A model generated the notes under the pieces. That model was not told where the DNA came from. It did not search any database and saw only the letters and a list, made by a program, of their open reading frames with translations. A program made the translations under genes and the position numbers. From positions 1-59,908 of the forward strand of contig JBGAOA010000020.1 of NCBI GenBank assembly GCA_044222065.1: DNA of 59,908 nucleotides. Direction: 5' to 3'. This document shows, one piece after another, positions 50,192 to 59,908 of the stretch. Origin of the DNA: Candidatus Eiseniibacteriota bacterium. Lineage in GTDB: Bacteria > Eisenbacteria > RBG-16-71-46. Each line of letters opens with the position of its first letter. Within the stretch, counting starts at the first letter, position 1.

Positions 50192-52851
50192 GCGCCGGCG
50201 AGCGCCGACTGCGCCCGACGCAGCTTGTCGAGCGTCTCCTCGAGCTGCGCGAGCCGCTGCTTCTCCTTCTCGACCACTTCGGCGCGCGCCTTCGCGAGGA
50301 AGTCCGTGTTCCGGAGCTTCTTCTTCACCGCCTCGAGATCGTCGAGCAGCTTCGCTGCTTCCTTCGTCAGCCGCTCCCGCTCGGCGTCCACGTCGATCAG
50401 GCCTTCGAGCGGCACGAACACTTCGAGCCCCTCGACCACGGCCGACGCCGAGAGACCCGGCTTCTGCCCCGCGCCCGCGACCTCGAGCGACTCGATGCGA
50501 GCGAGCGGCAGCACCTGGGCCTTGAGCGAGTCGATCAGGGCGAGCTGCTCGTCGCTGCCGCGCACGACGACGCGCACCGGCTTGCCCGGCGGAATCTTGT
50601 TCTCGGCGCGCAGGTTCCGCACCGCGGTGACGAACGACTGCACGAACTCGAAGCGCTTCTCGACCGCGGCGTCGAACCACGCCTTCTTCGGCTTCGGCCA
50701 CGCCGCGAGCGCGAGCGCGTCGCCGTCGTGCGGGATCGCCTGCCACAGTTCCTCGGTGACGAACGGCATGAACGGGTGCAGCAGGCGCAGCACGCCGTCC
50801 AGCACCTTCCACGACACCCAGCGCGCGGTGCGAAGGTCGGCGCGCTCGTCGGCCGTGAGCGCCTCGGCGCGCTCGGCGAGCGCCCAGCGCGGCTTCGCCA
50901 TCTCGAGGTACCAGTCGCAGTACTCGTTCCACGCGAAATGGTAGACCGCGTTCGCGGCCTCGTTGAAGCGGAACGTCTTCAGATTGCGCGTCGTGTCCTT
51001 CGCCGCGTTCGCGAACCGCGACAGGATCCAGCGGTCGGCGGGCTGGAGCCGCAGCTGCGACTCCTTCACCGCGGACAGGTCCTCGTCGCCGAGCCGCATC
51101 TGCACGAGCTTGGTCGCGTTCCACATCTTGTTCGCGAAGAACTTGCCGGTCTCGAGGCGCTTCTCGTCGAACAGCAGGTCCTGCCCGGTCGGCGTCAGGT
51201 AGATCATCGTGAAGCGCACGGCGTCGGCGCCGTACTGCTTCATCATCGCGAGCGGATCGGGCGAGTTGCCGAGCGACTTCGACATCTTCCGGCCCTGCCC
51301 GTCGCGCACGATGCTCGTGAAGTAGACGTGGGTGAAGGGCTCCTTCCCCATGAACTCGTAGCCGGCCATGACCATGCGCGCGACCCAGAAGAAGATGATG
51401 TCGCTGCCCGTGACCATGAGGCCGTTCGGGTAGTAGCGCTTCAGGTCGTCGGTGTCCTCGGGCCAGCCGAGGATCGCGAACGGCCAGAGCCACGACGAGA
51501 ACCACGTGTCGAGCACGTCGTCGTCCTGCCGCCAGCCCTCGCCCGCGGGCGGATCCACGGACACGACCATCTCGTCGCCGCGGTACCACACCGGGATGCG
51601 GTGCCCCCACCACAGCTGCCGCGAGATGCACCAGTCGCGGATGTTCTCCATCCAGTGCTGGTAGACGCGCTTCCAGCGCGCCGGGTAGAGCTTGATGCGC
51701 CCCTTCTTCACCGCTTCGAGCGCGGGCTGCGCGAGCGGCTTCATCTTCACGAACCACTGCCACGACAGGTACGGCTCGATCACGGTGTTGCAGCGCGAGC
51801 AGTGCCCGATGCTCACGGCGTAGGGCTCGATCTTCTCGAGGTAGCCCGCGTCCTCGAGCGCCGCGACGATGCGCTTGCGCGCCTCGAAGCGGTCGAGGCC
51901 GCGGAAGTCGCCAGCGTTCTCGTTCATGACGCCGTGCTCGTCCATGACGATCAGCTCGGGCAGGGAATGGCGCTGCGCGGTCTGGAAGTCGTTCGCGTCG
52001 TGCGCGGGCGTCACCTTCACGGCGCCGGTGCCGAACTTGGGGTCCACCATCTCGTCGGCCACGACCGGGATCTCGCGCCGCACGAGCGGCAGCACGACGG
52101 TCTTGCCCACGAGCTTCGCGTACCGCCGGTCCTTCGGGCTCACGGCGACCGCGGTGTCGCCGAGCATCGTCTCGGGACGCGTCGTCGCGACCGTGACGAA
52201 CTTCTCGGTACCCTTGATCGGGTAGCGGATGTGCCACAGGCTGCCCTGCTTCGCCTCGTGATCCACTTCCTCGTCGCTCAGGGCGGTGAGGCAGCGCGGG
52301 CACCAGTTCACGATGTAGCGGCCGCGGTAGATGAGGCCCTTCTCGTAGAGCTTCTGGAAGCACAGCAGCACGGCGCGCGAGTACTCGGGATCGAGCGTGA
52401 AGCGCTCGCGCGTCCAGTCGGCCGTGATGCCGAATCCGCGCAGCTGCTTCAGGATCAGCCCGCCGTACTCGTGCTTCCAGTTCCAGACCTCGTTGAGGAA
52501 GCCCTCGCGCCCGAGCTGGTGGCGGTTCTTGCCGTCCTTCTTGAGCTTCTTCTCGACCACGTTCTGGGTCGCGATACCCGCGTGATCCGTGCCCGGAACG
52601 TAGAGCGTCTCCCGCCCCTCCATGCGCTGCCAGCGCAGCACGACGTCGCGCACGGACTCGCCGAGCAGGTGTCCCATCGTGAGCGAACCGGTGACGTTCG
52701 GCGGCGGGATCGAGATCACGAACGGCGGCTTGCCGTTCCCGTCGGGGCGCGGCTTGAACACGCCGAGCGACTCCCAGTGCTCGTACCACTTCGCTTCGAC
52801 GCGATTGGGATCGTAGGGCTGGGCGAGCGCCTCGGGACGACCGGGACGCAT
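50188..52851 (-). CDS. valS: valine--tRNA ligase
   Basis: PPPNVTG, DHAGIATQ, ATTRPET, DWCISRQLWWGH, DVLDTWFSS, KMSKS, coiled-coil tail. Confidence 0.98.
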   Translation of the reverse strand: MRPGRPEALAQPYDPNRVEAKWYEHWESLGVFKPRPDGNGKPPFVISIPPPNVTGSLTMGHLLGESVRDVVLRWQRMEGRETLYVPGTDHAGIATQNVVEKKLKKDGKNRHQLGREGFLNEVWNWKHEYGGLILKQLRGFGITADWTRERFTLDPEYSRAVLLCFQKLYEKGLIYRGRYIVNWCPRCLTALSDEEVDHEAKQGSLWHIRYPIKGTEKFVTVATTRPETMLGDTAVAVSPKDRRYAKLVGKTVVLPLVRREIPVVADEMVDPKFGTGAVKVTPAHDANDFQTAQRHSLPELIVMDEHGVMNENAGDFRGLDRFEARKRIVAALEDAGYLEKIEPYAVSIGHCSRCNTVIEPYLSWQWFVKMKPLAQPALEAVKKGRIKLYPARWKRVYQHWMENIRDWCISRQLWWGHRIPVWYRGDEMVVSVDPPAGEGWRQDDDVLDTWFSSWLWPFAILGWPEDTDDLKRYYPNGLMVTGSDIIFFWVARMVMAGYEFMGKEPFTHVYFTSIVRDGQGRKMSKSLGNSPDPLAMMKQYGADAVRFTMIYLTPTGQDLLFDEKRLETGKFFANKMWNATKLVQMRLGDEDLSAVKESQLRLQPADRWILSRFANAAKDTTRNLKTFRFNEAANAVYHFAWNEYCDWYLEMAKPRWALAERAEALTADERADLRTARWVSWKVLDGVLRLLHPFMPFVTEELWQAIPHDGDALALAAWPKPKKAWFDAAVEKRFEFVQSFVTAVRNLRAENKIPPGKPVRVVVRGSDEQLALIDSLKAQVLPLARIESLEVAGAGQKPGLSASAVVEGLEVFVPLEGLIDVDAERERLTKEAAKLLDDLEAVKKKLRNTDFLAKARAEVVEKEKQRLAQLEETLDKLRRAQSALAGA

Positions 52852-53001
52852 GAAGGCCTCCTTCGGGTGGGCGGCCCGCCGAGCGAGGCGGCGGGCGGGG
52901 CCTCGCGGGACCCCTCGGAAAAACGAGCGGCGAACCGTAGCACAGGGGTTTCGCCGCCCCAAACCACCGCGCTCCCGCGGGCCCTGCTAGAGTGCGCGCC
53001 C

Positions 53002-54546
53002 ATGCGACCGCGATTCCGTCCCCCGCTCGCCGCCGTCACGCTCGCGCTGTCGTTCGCCGTCCCGGCCTTCGCGACGCCGTTCGATTACCTCACCGTGGGC
53101 GATCCGCTCGAGGCCGAACTCCGCATCCTCGACGTGCTCGGCCCCGATCGGCGTCCGCTGCGCCGCCGCCTTGCACTCGTTCCTCAGGCCGTGGCAGCGG
53201 ATCGAGCTCGATTCGCTTCGCCCTGCCTGCGCGCACCGCGCGGCAGCGCGCGCTGCGCGGGCGCACCGGCAGCGCTCGTCCGGCCTGCGAGCGTCCTCGG
53301 CGCGCCTCGGCCGGAGGCGCTCGGCCCGCGCGAGACGACGCCGCGGCTCTTCCAGGCCAACCCGCGCCCGGCGCCGAAGTGGACCTGTCGCGGGCTTCGA
53401 AGGCCACGGTGAACTGCACGGCGACACGGCGTTCGTGGCGCGCGCGACCGGCCTGCACGTGCGCACGGCCGTTGCGGGACTGGATCGCTGTCGGCGCGTC
53501 GTCGCCGTGGGCGAGTTCGCGGCCGCGGCGCTACGCGATCCGATCGTCTCCGAGAGCACGTCACGACGCCTACCGGACGAGGCGTACCTCGCCCACACGG
53601 GCGCTGAACGCTGGGCCGTTCAGTTCGGACGCAGCCGCTGGCACTGGGGCCCGGGCGACGAGGCGTCGCTGCTGCTGTCCGGCACCTCGCCCGCCTTCAC
53701 GGGCGCGCTGCTGCGCGCGAGCGTGCCCGAGCTGTCGCTCGACTTCGCGGCGCTCAACGCGACCCTCGCCGCGACCGCGGGCGAGCAGCTCGCGGCGCAC
53801 CGCGTCGAGTGGCAGCCGCTCGATGCGTTGCGGCTCGGACTCGGCGAGGCCGCGCGCTATCACGCGGACGGCTGGCGGCCGACCTACGCCGTCGGCGTGA
53901 TCCCGTACGTGCTCGCGCAGCGCCTCGAGGCCTCGGACGAGCCCGACTCGGGCGCGGCGCTGCGCAACAACGTCGAGGTCGCGGTGGACGCGGCGTGGCG
54001 AGTCGCTCCGGGGACGCGCGTGTACGGCGAGCTGCTCGTGGACGACCTGCACTCGAAGACCGCGAACGTGCCGGACAAGCTCGGCTACCAGATCGGCCTC
54101 GAGGGCGCGGGACTCGCGCTCGGCCGCCGTCTCGCGTCGGGCGCCGAATACACGCGCTCGCGCTTGTCGCCACACGTCGTTCTTCGGCCGCGCGTTCGTC
54201 GCGCGCGGCGAGGTACTCTGGCTTCCCGACCGTCCCGATTCGCGGCGCCTGCGCGTGCGGGCGGCGACTGGCAGCTCGTCGCGCGCTCGGCGCTCACCGA
54301 CCGCGGCGACAGCTCGCTCGACGAGCCGTTCGTGCCCGGCGATCCGCGCCCCGAAGCCGTTCGCGTTCGCGGGCGTCGTCGAGCGCACGCGCGCGTTCGA
54401 GGCGGCGCGGTGCGCGCTGGTGGCCCGCGAGCGGTGTGGACCTGGCGCTCTTCGCGGGCTTCACGAACGTCGAGAACGCCGCGCACGTCCCGGGCGACGA
54501 CGACACGCGCTGCCACGCCGCTCTCGAGATCCGGCTCGAGCGCTGA
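53002..54546 (+). CDS. Wzi-like (capsule assembly) outer-membrane beta-barrel protein, multiply frameshifted in this sequence
   Basis: Signal peptide in one frame. EAYL..GR...WGPG..SLLLS, AAHRVEW, YGELLVDD in a second. Terminal ALEIRLER in a third. Confidence 0.6.
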
Positions 54547-54604
54547 ACGCGCGACGGCCGCCGCGACGGTCCCGCGGCGGCCGCCGTCCTGGAACCTGCC
54601 CCGG

Positions 54605-55206
54605 TCAGGGCAGCTGCGCGTGGCTCGCGATGACGCGCGAGACGAGCCCGTACTCGATCGCTTCCTCGGCGCTCATCCAGTAGTCGCGCTCGATGTCGGC
54701 GAGCACCTTCGCGAGCGGCTGACCCGTCTGGTCCGAAACGACCTTTGCAATGCGCTCGCGCATGCGCACGATCTCCTTCGCCTGGATCGCGATGTCGGTC
54801 GCCTGCCCGCCCGCGCCGCCGCTCGGCTGGTGCAGGAGGAAGCGCGCGTGTTCGGCAGGCGCCACGCGCCGCTCATGCGGTGCTGCGAGGAACATCGTGC
54901 GCGCCCACGCCAGACCCAGCCCGATGGGATCGTCGTCACCGGCGAGCGCAGGAAGCGGATCAGGTCGTGAATCGCGTCGCCCGACTCGACGTGCCCGCCC
55001 GGCGACGAGATCAGCACGCGGATCGGCGCCTGCGATTCGTGATCGAGCGCGATCAGCCGCTCGCACGTCGCGCGCGCGAGCGACGAATCGATCGAGCCGT
55101 ACAGGAACACGAAGCGCGCCTTGAACGACAGTCGCTCCTCGATCGTGGTCAGCCGTTCGGCGGCGAGCGTTTCGTCGTCGTCGTGCAGCGTCGGATGGGC
55201 GGACAT
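54605..55206 (-). CDS. clpP: ClpP protease subunit paralog, frameshifted near 54860-54925
   Basis: ISSPGGHVESGD.IHD in one frame. LLHQPSGG..GQA.DI, DIERDYWMSAEEA.EYGLV in another. Confidence 0.85.
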
Positions 55207-55419
55207 CGCGGGTTCCCTCAAGGTGTGTGGAGCGAATTCCGTTTCGTGCGGCGCGGCACTCTAGCACGCGCGTCCGCCGCGCTCGTCGGTCCGGAGCACG
55301 CGGCGGTCGCAGCGCCGGCGGGCCGCCGGTCGCGGCCCGCGCGCGGCTCGACTACGCTGCCGCGCGAGCCGCTCGATTCGCGCCGACGTCCGGCGCTCTT
55401 CCCCTTCCCGGAGCCTCCC

Positions 55420-57470
55420 ATGTCCGCTCGCACGTCCCGGCGCCTCGCGCCCGCCACGCTCGTCCTCGCGCTCGCGGCGTTCGTCCTCGCGCTGCCCGCG
55501 GCCGCCCGCGCGGAAGAGCCCGCGCTGTCGCGCGCCAACATCGATCCGAATTGCGTTCCGTGCCGCGACTTCTTCCGCCACGCGAACGGCGGCTGGCTCG
55601 ATCGCGCGACGATTCCCTCGACGCGCGATGCGTGGGGCAGCTTCGACGAGCTGACCGAGCGCAACACCGCGCGGCTGCGCGGCATCCTCGAGGCTGCGGC
55701 GGCGAACAAGTCCGCGAAGCCCGGCTCGGACGACGCGCGGCTCGGCGACTACTGGTGCGCAAAAACGTTCCCGGGCGGCCGCCGAGCGCGCCGGATCAGT
55801 TGCGTCAGGCCGCAGCTCGCGACGTCGCCGTTCGCGAACAAGCAGCGGGGCTCCCGGCGCTGCTCGCCTCGCTGCACGACCACGGCGTCTCGGGGCTCTT
55901 CGGCGTGCGCGTCGGGCAGGATCCGAAGCACAGCGACTGGCAGATCCTGTCGGTCGGACCGGGCGGGCTCGGGCTGCCCGATCGCGACTACTACTTCCGC
56001 ACCGACTCGGCCTCGGTCGAGACACGCGCGCGCTACGTCGCGCACGTCGCGAAGGCGTTCGAACTCGTCGGCACGCCGTGGGCGGACGCGAAGGTGAAGG
56101 CCGACCGCATCCTCGCGCTCGAGACCGCGCTCGCGGGCGCCTCGCTCACGAACGTGCAGCGCCGCGATCCGCGCGCCGTGTACCACAAGATGAGCGCCGC
56201 CGCGTTCGAGTCCTCGGCGCCGCGCTTCGGCTGGGACGCGTACCTCGCCGCGCGCGGGCTCGCGAAGCTCGACTCGGTGAATGTGACGCAGCCCGGCTAC
56301 GTGCGCGCCGTGGACAGCCTCGTCGCGGCCGTGCCGCTCGAGGACTGGCGCGCGTACCTGAGCTGGCGCGTCGTGGACCACGCCGCGCCGGCGCTGTCGC
56401 GCGCGTTCGTGGACGAGGACTTCCGCTTCGACCAGGTGCTCAGCGGCATCGAGCAGAGCCCGCCGCGCTGGAAGCGCTGCGTGCGCGCCGCCGACAACGA
56501 CCTCGGCGACCTGCTCGGCAAGGCGTACGTACAAGGCGCTCCTTGCTGGCCGCGCGCAGAGCGGCAAGGCCTGCCGCTCGTGCGGAACCCTGGACGCGCT
56601 CGGCGCGATCGCATCACGGCGCTCGAATGGATGGGCCCCGAGACGCGCACGAAGGCGATCGAGAAGCTGAAGGCGTTCGAGAACAAGATCGGGTACCCGA
56701 ACACGTGGCGCGACTACGCCGGCGTGAAGCTGACGCGCACCTCCTACTACGCGAACCGCCAGAACGCGACCGCGTACGAAAGCCGCCGCAACCTCGCGAA
56801 GCTCGGCAAGCCCGTGGACCGCGGCGAATGGAACATGAGCGCGCCGACGGTGAACGCGTTCTACAGCTCGTCGCTCAACAGCATCAACTTCCCCGCCGGC
56901 ATCCTGCAGCCGCCGTTCTTCGGCGCCAATTCGGACGACGCGATGAACTACGGCGCGATCGGCACCGTGATCGGCCACGAGATGACGCACGGTTTCGACG
57001 ACCGCGGCCGGCAGTTCGACGCCGCCGGCAACCTGCGCGACTGGTGGACCGCGGACGACGCGAGCCGCTACAAGGAGCGCGCCGACAAGGTCGCGGCGCA
57101 GTTCAGCGGCTACACCGTGCTCGACACGCTGCACGTGAACGGGCGGCTGACGTTGGGCGAGAACATCGCCGATCTCGGCGGCGTCGCCGTCGCGTGGGCG
57201 GCGCTCAACAAGGCGCTCGAGAACCAGCGCGTCGCCGCGATCGACGGCCTGTCGCCGCACGAGCGCTTCTTCTATTCCTACGCCCAGATCTGGCGCGAGG
57301 TGACGCGCGACGCGTCGCTGCGCACGCTCGTGCTCACGAACCCGCACTCGCCGCCCGTGTGGCGCGTGAACGGCCCGCTGTCGAACCTGCCCGAGTTCGC
57401 CGAGACGTTCGGCTGCAAGGCCGGCGACGGCATGGTGCGCGCCGAGGAGCTGCGGGCGCGGATCTGGTAG
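55420..57470 (+). CDS. M13 family zinc metallopeptidase (PepO/ECE-like), frameshifted near 55750-55860
   Basis: PC.DFF..ANG.W in first frame. GLGLPDRDYY, VNAFY, GHEMTHGFDD, GENIADLGG, PHSP..RVNG in second. Confidence 0.92.
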
Positions 57471-57614
57471 CGATCGGCGGTTCGAGCGACGTGCACTGCG
57501 GCGCGACCTCCCCCGGTCGCGCCGCACTTGCGCCGCCGGAACCCTCCGAAGAAGATGCGCCCGCACCGGATCAAATCGGGTTCGAACGTGGAGGTGCGGA
57601 CTGGAGAAGCGGAG

Positions 57615-58105
57615 TGTCGAGCGCATCGCGCAAGCGTTGGACGAGGCGGACGTCCGCTATCTGATCGCGGGCGGGATGGCCGTCGTCGCGCACGGATGGG
57701 TTCGATTCACGGCCGACTTCGACGTCATCCTCGACCCGAATCCGCAGGCCCTGTCGCGCGCCGTTCACGCCTTCGAAGGACTCGGGTACGGTCCGCGGGC
57801 GCCGGTGCGCTTCGCGGATTTCGCGGATGCCGGAGCACGCGCTCTCTGGGCGAGCGAAAAGGGCCTGACGGTGTTCTCGCTGTTCAGCGCCGAACATCGC
57901 AGCACCGAGGTGGATCTCTTTCTGGAGTGCCCGCTCGACTTCGAGTCTACGACCTCGAGCCGGCGAACGGAACTGGAGGACGGCGACGCTGACGTTCGTC
58001 TCGCTCGCGGACCTGCTCGAACTCAAGCGTCGCGCCGGCAGGCCGAGGGATCTCGAGGACATCGCCGGACTCGAAGCCGCCGAACGTGAGCGCAGCCAGC
58101 CATGA
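57615..58105 (+). CDS. nucleotidyltransferase-fold protein (DUF6036-like), frameshifted
   Basis: YLIAGG.AV..HG..R.T.D.D, EVDLF. Shifted frame continues FVSLADLLELKRRAGRPRDLEDI to TGA at 58103-58105. Start approximate. Confidence 0.78.
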
Positions 58106-58287
58106 GCGGCGACGAGCGGATTTGGGAGCAAGGCTGGGACGGCCACGAGCGCGCCCAGCGCGCGAGGCTCGCGCGACTCAGCCTCGACGAGAAGCTCGAC
58201 TGGCTCGAAGAGGCTCATCGCCTGCTGCTGCGACTGCGGGCCGCCGCGCCGCCGAAGCTCGGCGAGGAAGACTCGGCCGAACGCTGA
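58102..58287 (+). CDS. small helical hypothetical protein coupled to the nucleotidyltransferase
   Basis: ATGA overlap with upstream stop, LSLDEKLDWLEE motif. Confidence 0.65.
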   Translation: MSGDERIWEQGWDGHERAQRARLARLSLDEKLDWLEEAHRLLLRLRAAAPPKLGEEDSAER

Positions 58288-58356
58288 GTAGGCGGCGGAC
58301 GACTGACGAGCAGAGTGATCCGTCGTTGCCGCCTGCGTGGGATTCGCCAAAGGCCC

Positions 58357-58619
58357 TCACTCGAATGGACTGAAGATGTCGATCAGAGCCTCGATCTCGT
58401 ACCCGCGCTGATTGGGCTCGTCATCCGCGTCGAGTCCCGACGCCACGAGTTCATCCGACAAGAGGCTCCGGATATCCCGACACGCGCTGGCCGAGAGTGT
58501 GGGCTCGGAATCGACGAGGAGCTCCGACGCAAGAAGAGGGGGCCGGTGGCGATTACCTCGCGGAGTAGCCTGCGAAGCCCCTCCGGGACACGAACCGTTT
58601 TCAGCGCGCGCTCATTCAT
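58357..58619 (-). CDS. small acidic hypothetical protein, one apparent frameshift
   Basis: MNERALKTVRVPEGLRRLLREVI joined across a frame change to ELLVDSEPTLSASACRDIRSLLSDELVASGLDADDEPNQRGYEIEALIDIFSPFE*. Lower GC. Confidence 0.5.
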
Positions 58620-58744
58620 CGTGAAGGCCTCTGTATCGCGGCTGACCGAAGGCCGTGATGGAGTTCCACCGGTAATCGGTCGGAACCAGGTTGACCTTGT
58701 CGCCGCCGCCGCCCGCGTTCCGAGCCCCGCGCCTGGACTGGCAG

Positions 58745-59656
58745 TCAAGGTGGCGCTGACCAGTCCACCGTTCGTGAGGCCGTCGCGGAACGACGCGGCG
58801 TCCAGCGAGCACCTGCTGCGCGAGCGCGGCGTCGAGGTAGATGCGCTGGATCTCGCCCGGACGCGCGGCCTCGAAGATCGGCTCGATCGTGGTGCCGAGG
58901 ATCACGTTCAGCTCGCGCACGATGTCGAGCACCCGAGCCGACGCCGGTGCCGAGGTTCACCATCTCGCCGCTGCCCTTCGAGAGCGCGATCACGTTGCCC
59001 TCGACGACGTCGTCCACGAACAGGTAGTCGCGCACCTGCTCGCCGGTGCCGAAGATCTTCGGGCGCTTCCCCTCGAGCATGAGCCCGATGAAGATCGCGT
59101 TCACGCCCGCCTCGCCGTGCGGGTTCTGGCGCGGTCCGTAGACGTTCGGGTAGCGCAGCACGGTGTAGTCGAGGCCGTGGAGCAGCTTCCACAGGTAGAG
59201 GTAGTGCTCGAGCGCGTGCTTGCTCGCGCCGTACGGCGCCTCGGGATTGATCGGGTGGTCTTCCGTCGCCGGGAGCTGGCGGCCTTCGCCGTAGAGCGCG
59301 CCGCCCGTGGACGCGTACACGAATTTCTTCACGCCGTGGCGCGTGCACGCCTCCAGCAGCCGGATGCCGCCGACGATGTTCACGGTCGCATCGAAGCCGG
59401 CGTCCGTGACCGACTTGCGCACGTCGATCTGCGCGGCGTGATGGTCCACGAGTTCGGGACGGAAGCTCGCGAACGCGCGCTCGATCGCGGCGGCGTCGGT
59501 GATGTCGGCCTCGAAGAACGTGGCCTTCGGGTTCACGAACTCGCGGAACCCGCTCGAGAGGTTGTCGAGGATCGCGACCTCGTGACCGAGGGCGATGAAG
59601 CGGTCGGCGACGTTCGAGCCGATGAAGCCGGCGCCGCCGGTGACGAGGATTCGCAT
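58745..59656 (-). CDS. NAD-dependent epimerase/dehydratase (GalE-like), frameshifted near 3' end
   Basis: LVTGGAGFIGS, YGASK, RYPNVYGPRQ, RDYLFV.D. The tail RPGEIQRIYLD lies in another frame. Confidence 0.9.
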   Translation of the reverse strand: MRILVTGGAGFIGSNVADRFIALGHEVAILDNLSSGFREFVNPKATFFEADITDAAAIERAFASFRPELVDHHAAQIDVRKSVTDAGFDATVNIVGGIRLLEACTRHGVKKFVYASTGGALYGEGRQLPATEDHPINPEAPYGASKHALEHYLYLWKLLHGLDYTVLRYPNVYGPRQNPHGEAGVNAIFIGLMLEGKRPKIFGTGEQVRDYLFVDDVVEGNVIALSKGSGEMVNLGTGVGSGARHRARAERDPRHHDRADLRGRASGRDPAHLPRRRARAAGARWTPRRSATASRTVDWSAPP

Positions 59657-59781
59657 GGCGCTCCCTGGTCGCGCGTCCGGCGCCGCGCGGCGCCTCGGAC
59701 GGATGGGGGTTTCGGATTGGGCGCGGCACGTTAGCGGCCGGGCCGCGCGGCGCGCAAGAACGCGCCGCGCGATCCGCGCCG

Positions 59782-59908
59782 CTACGCCGCGGGACGGACC
59801 GGCTGCGCGTCGAACTCCTGCGCCGCGCGCTCCAGCGGCCGCGGGGCGAGCCGCGGGGCGAAGCGCTCGAGGTCGAGCGCGGCCGCGAACGCGCGCCCTG
59901 CTTCGACC
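59782..59908 (-). CDS. 3' end of an unidentified gene running off the window
   Basis: Open minus-strand frame ending ...QEFDAQPVRPAA* at 59782. Confidence 0.35.
   Translation of the reverse strand, partial: VEAGRAFAAALDLERFAPRLAPRPLERAAQEFDAQPVRPAA

Noticed and set aside
54605..57470. Programmed frameshifting or phase variation in clpP and the M13 peptidase
   Set aside because: Multiple scattered indels across neighbouring unrelated genes, with no consistent slippery site or repeat tract
37484..58105. HEPN-like ORF and the nucleotidyltransferase as an MNT-HEPN system
   Set aside because: About 19 kb apart, and the NTase has its own coupled partner
58287..58340. Imperfect hairpin as an integron attC site
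   Set aside because: No RYYYAAC/GTTRRRY ends and no integrase. More likely a terminator between convergent genes.

Overview
Very GC-rich bacterial chromosomal segment. FlgD-Ig-tailed secreted proteins and a terminal SWGxxKxxFR motif suggest a Candidatus Eisenbacteria/FCB-related lineage (inference). Mostly housekeeping: folB-folK-dNK-panB-panC-GlmU-like operon, OPT transporter, dapE-dapC-dapD, ygfZ-like, RND efflux pair, a uvrB-nadC-birA-tatC-coaX-M28-PD40-groEL-paralog run, a GT-C/deacetylase/wecB glycosylation cluster, atl-valS, Wzi-like, clpP, M13 peptidase and an NAD epimerase. The standout is 6.4-17.6 kb: three co-oriented secreted proteins built from beta-propeller, Ig, cohesin-like, dockerin-like and FlgD-Ig modules (candidate non-cellulosomal cohesin-dockerin surface complex), divergent from a secreted protein with a different candidate C-terminal sorting motif. 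Small accessory genes include a HEPN-motif ORF, a solo HicB, a nucleotidyltransferase/small-protein pair and a possible toxin-tip/immunity remnant. Most genes after ~53 kb are frameshifted, most likely sequencing or assembly error. No rRNA, tRNA, CRISPR array or transposase was recognised. All family calls are by eye, with no database searches.
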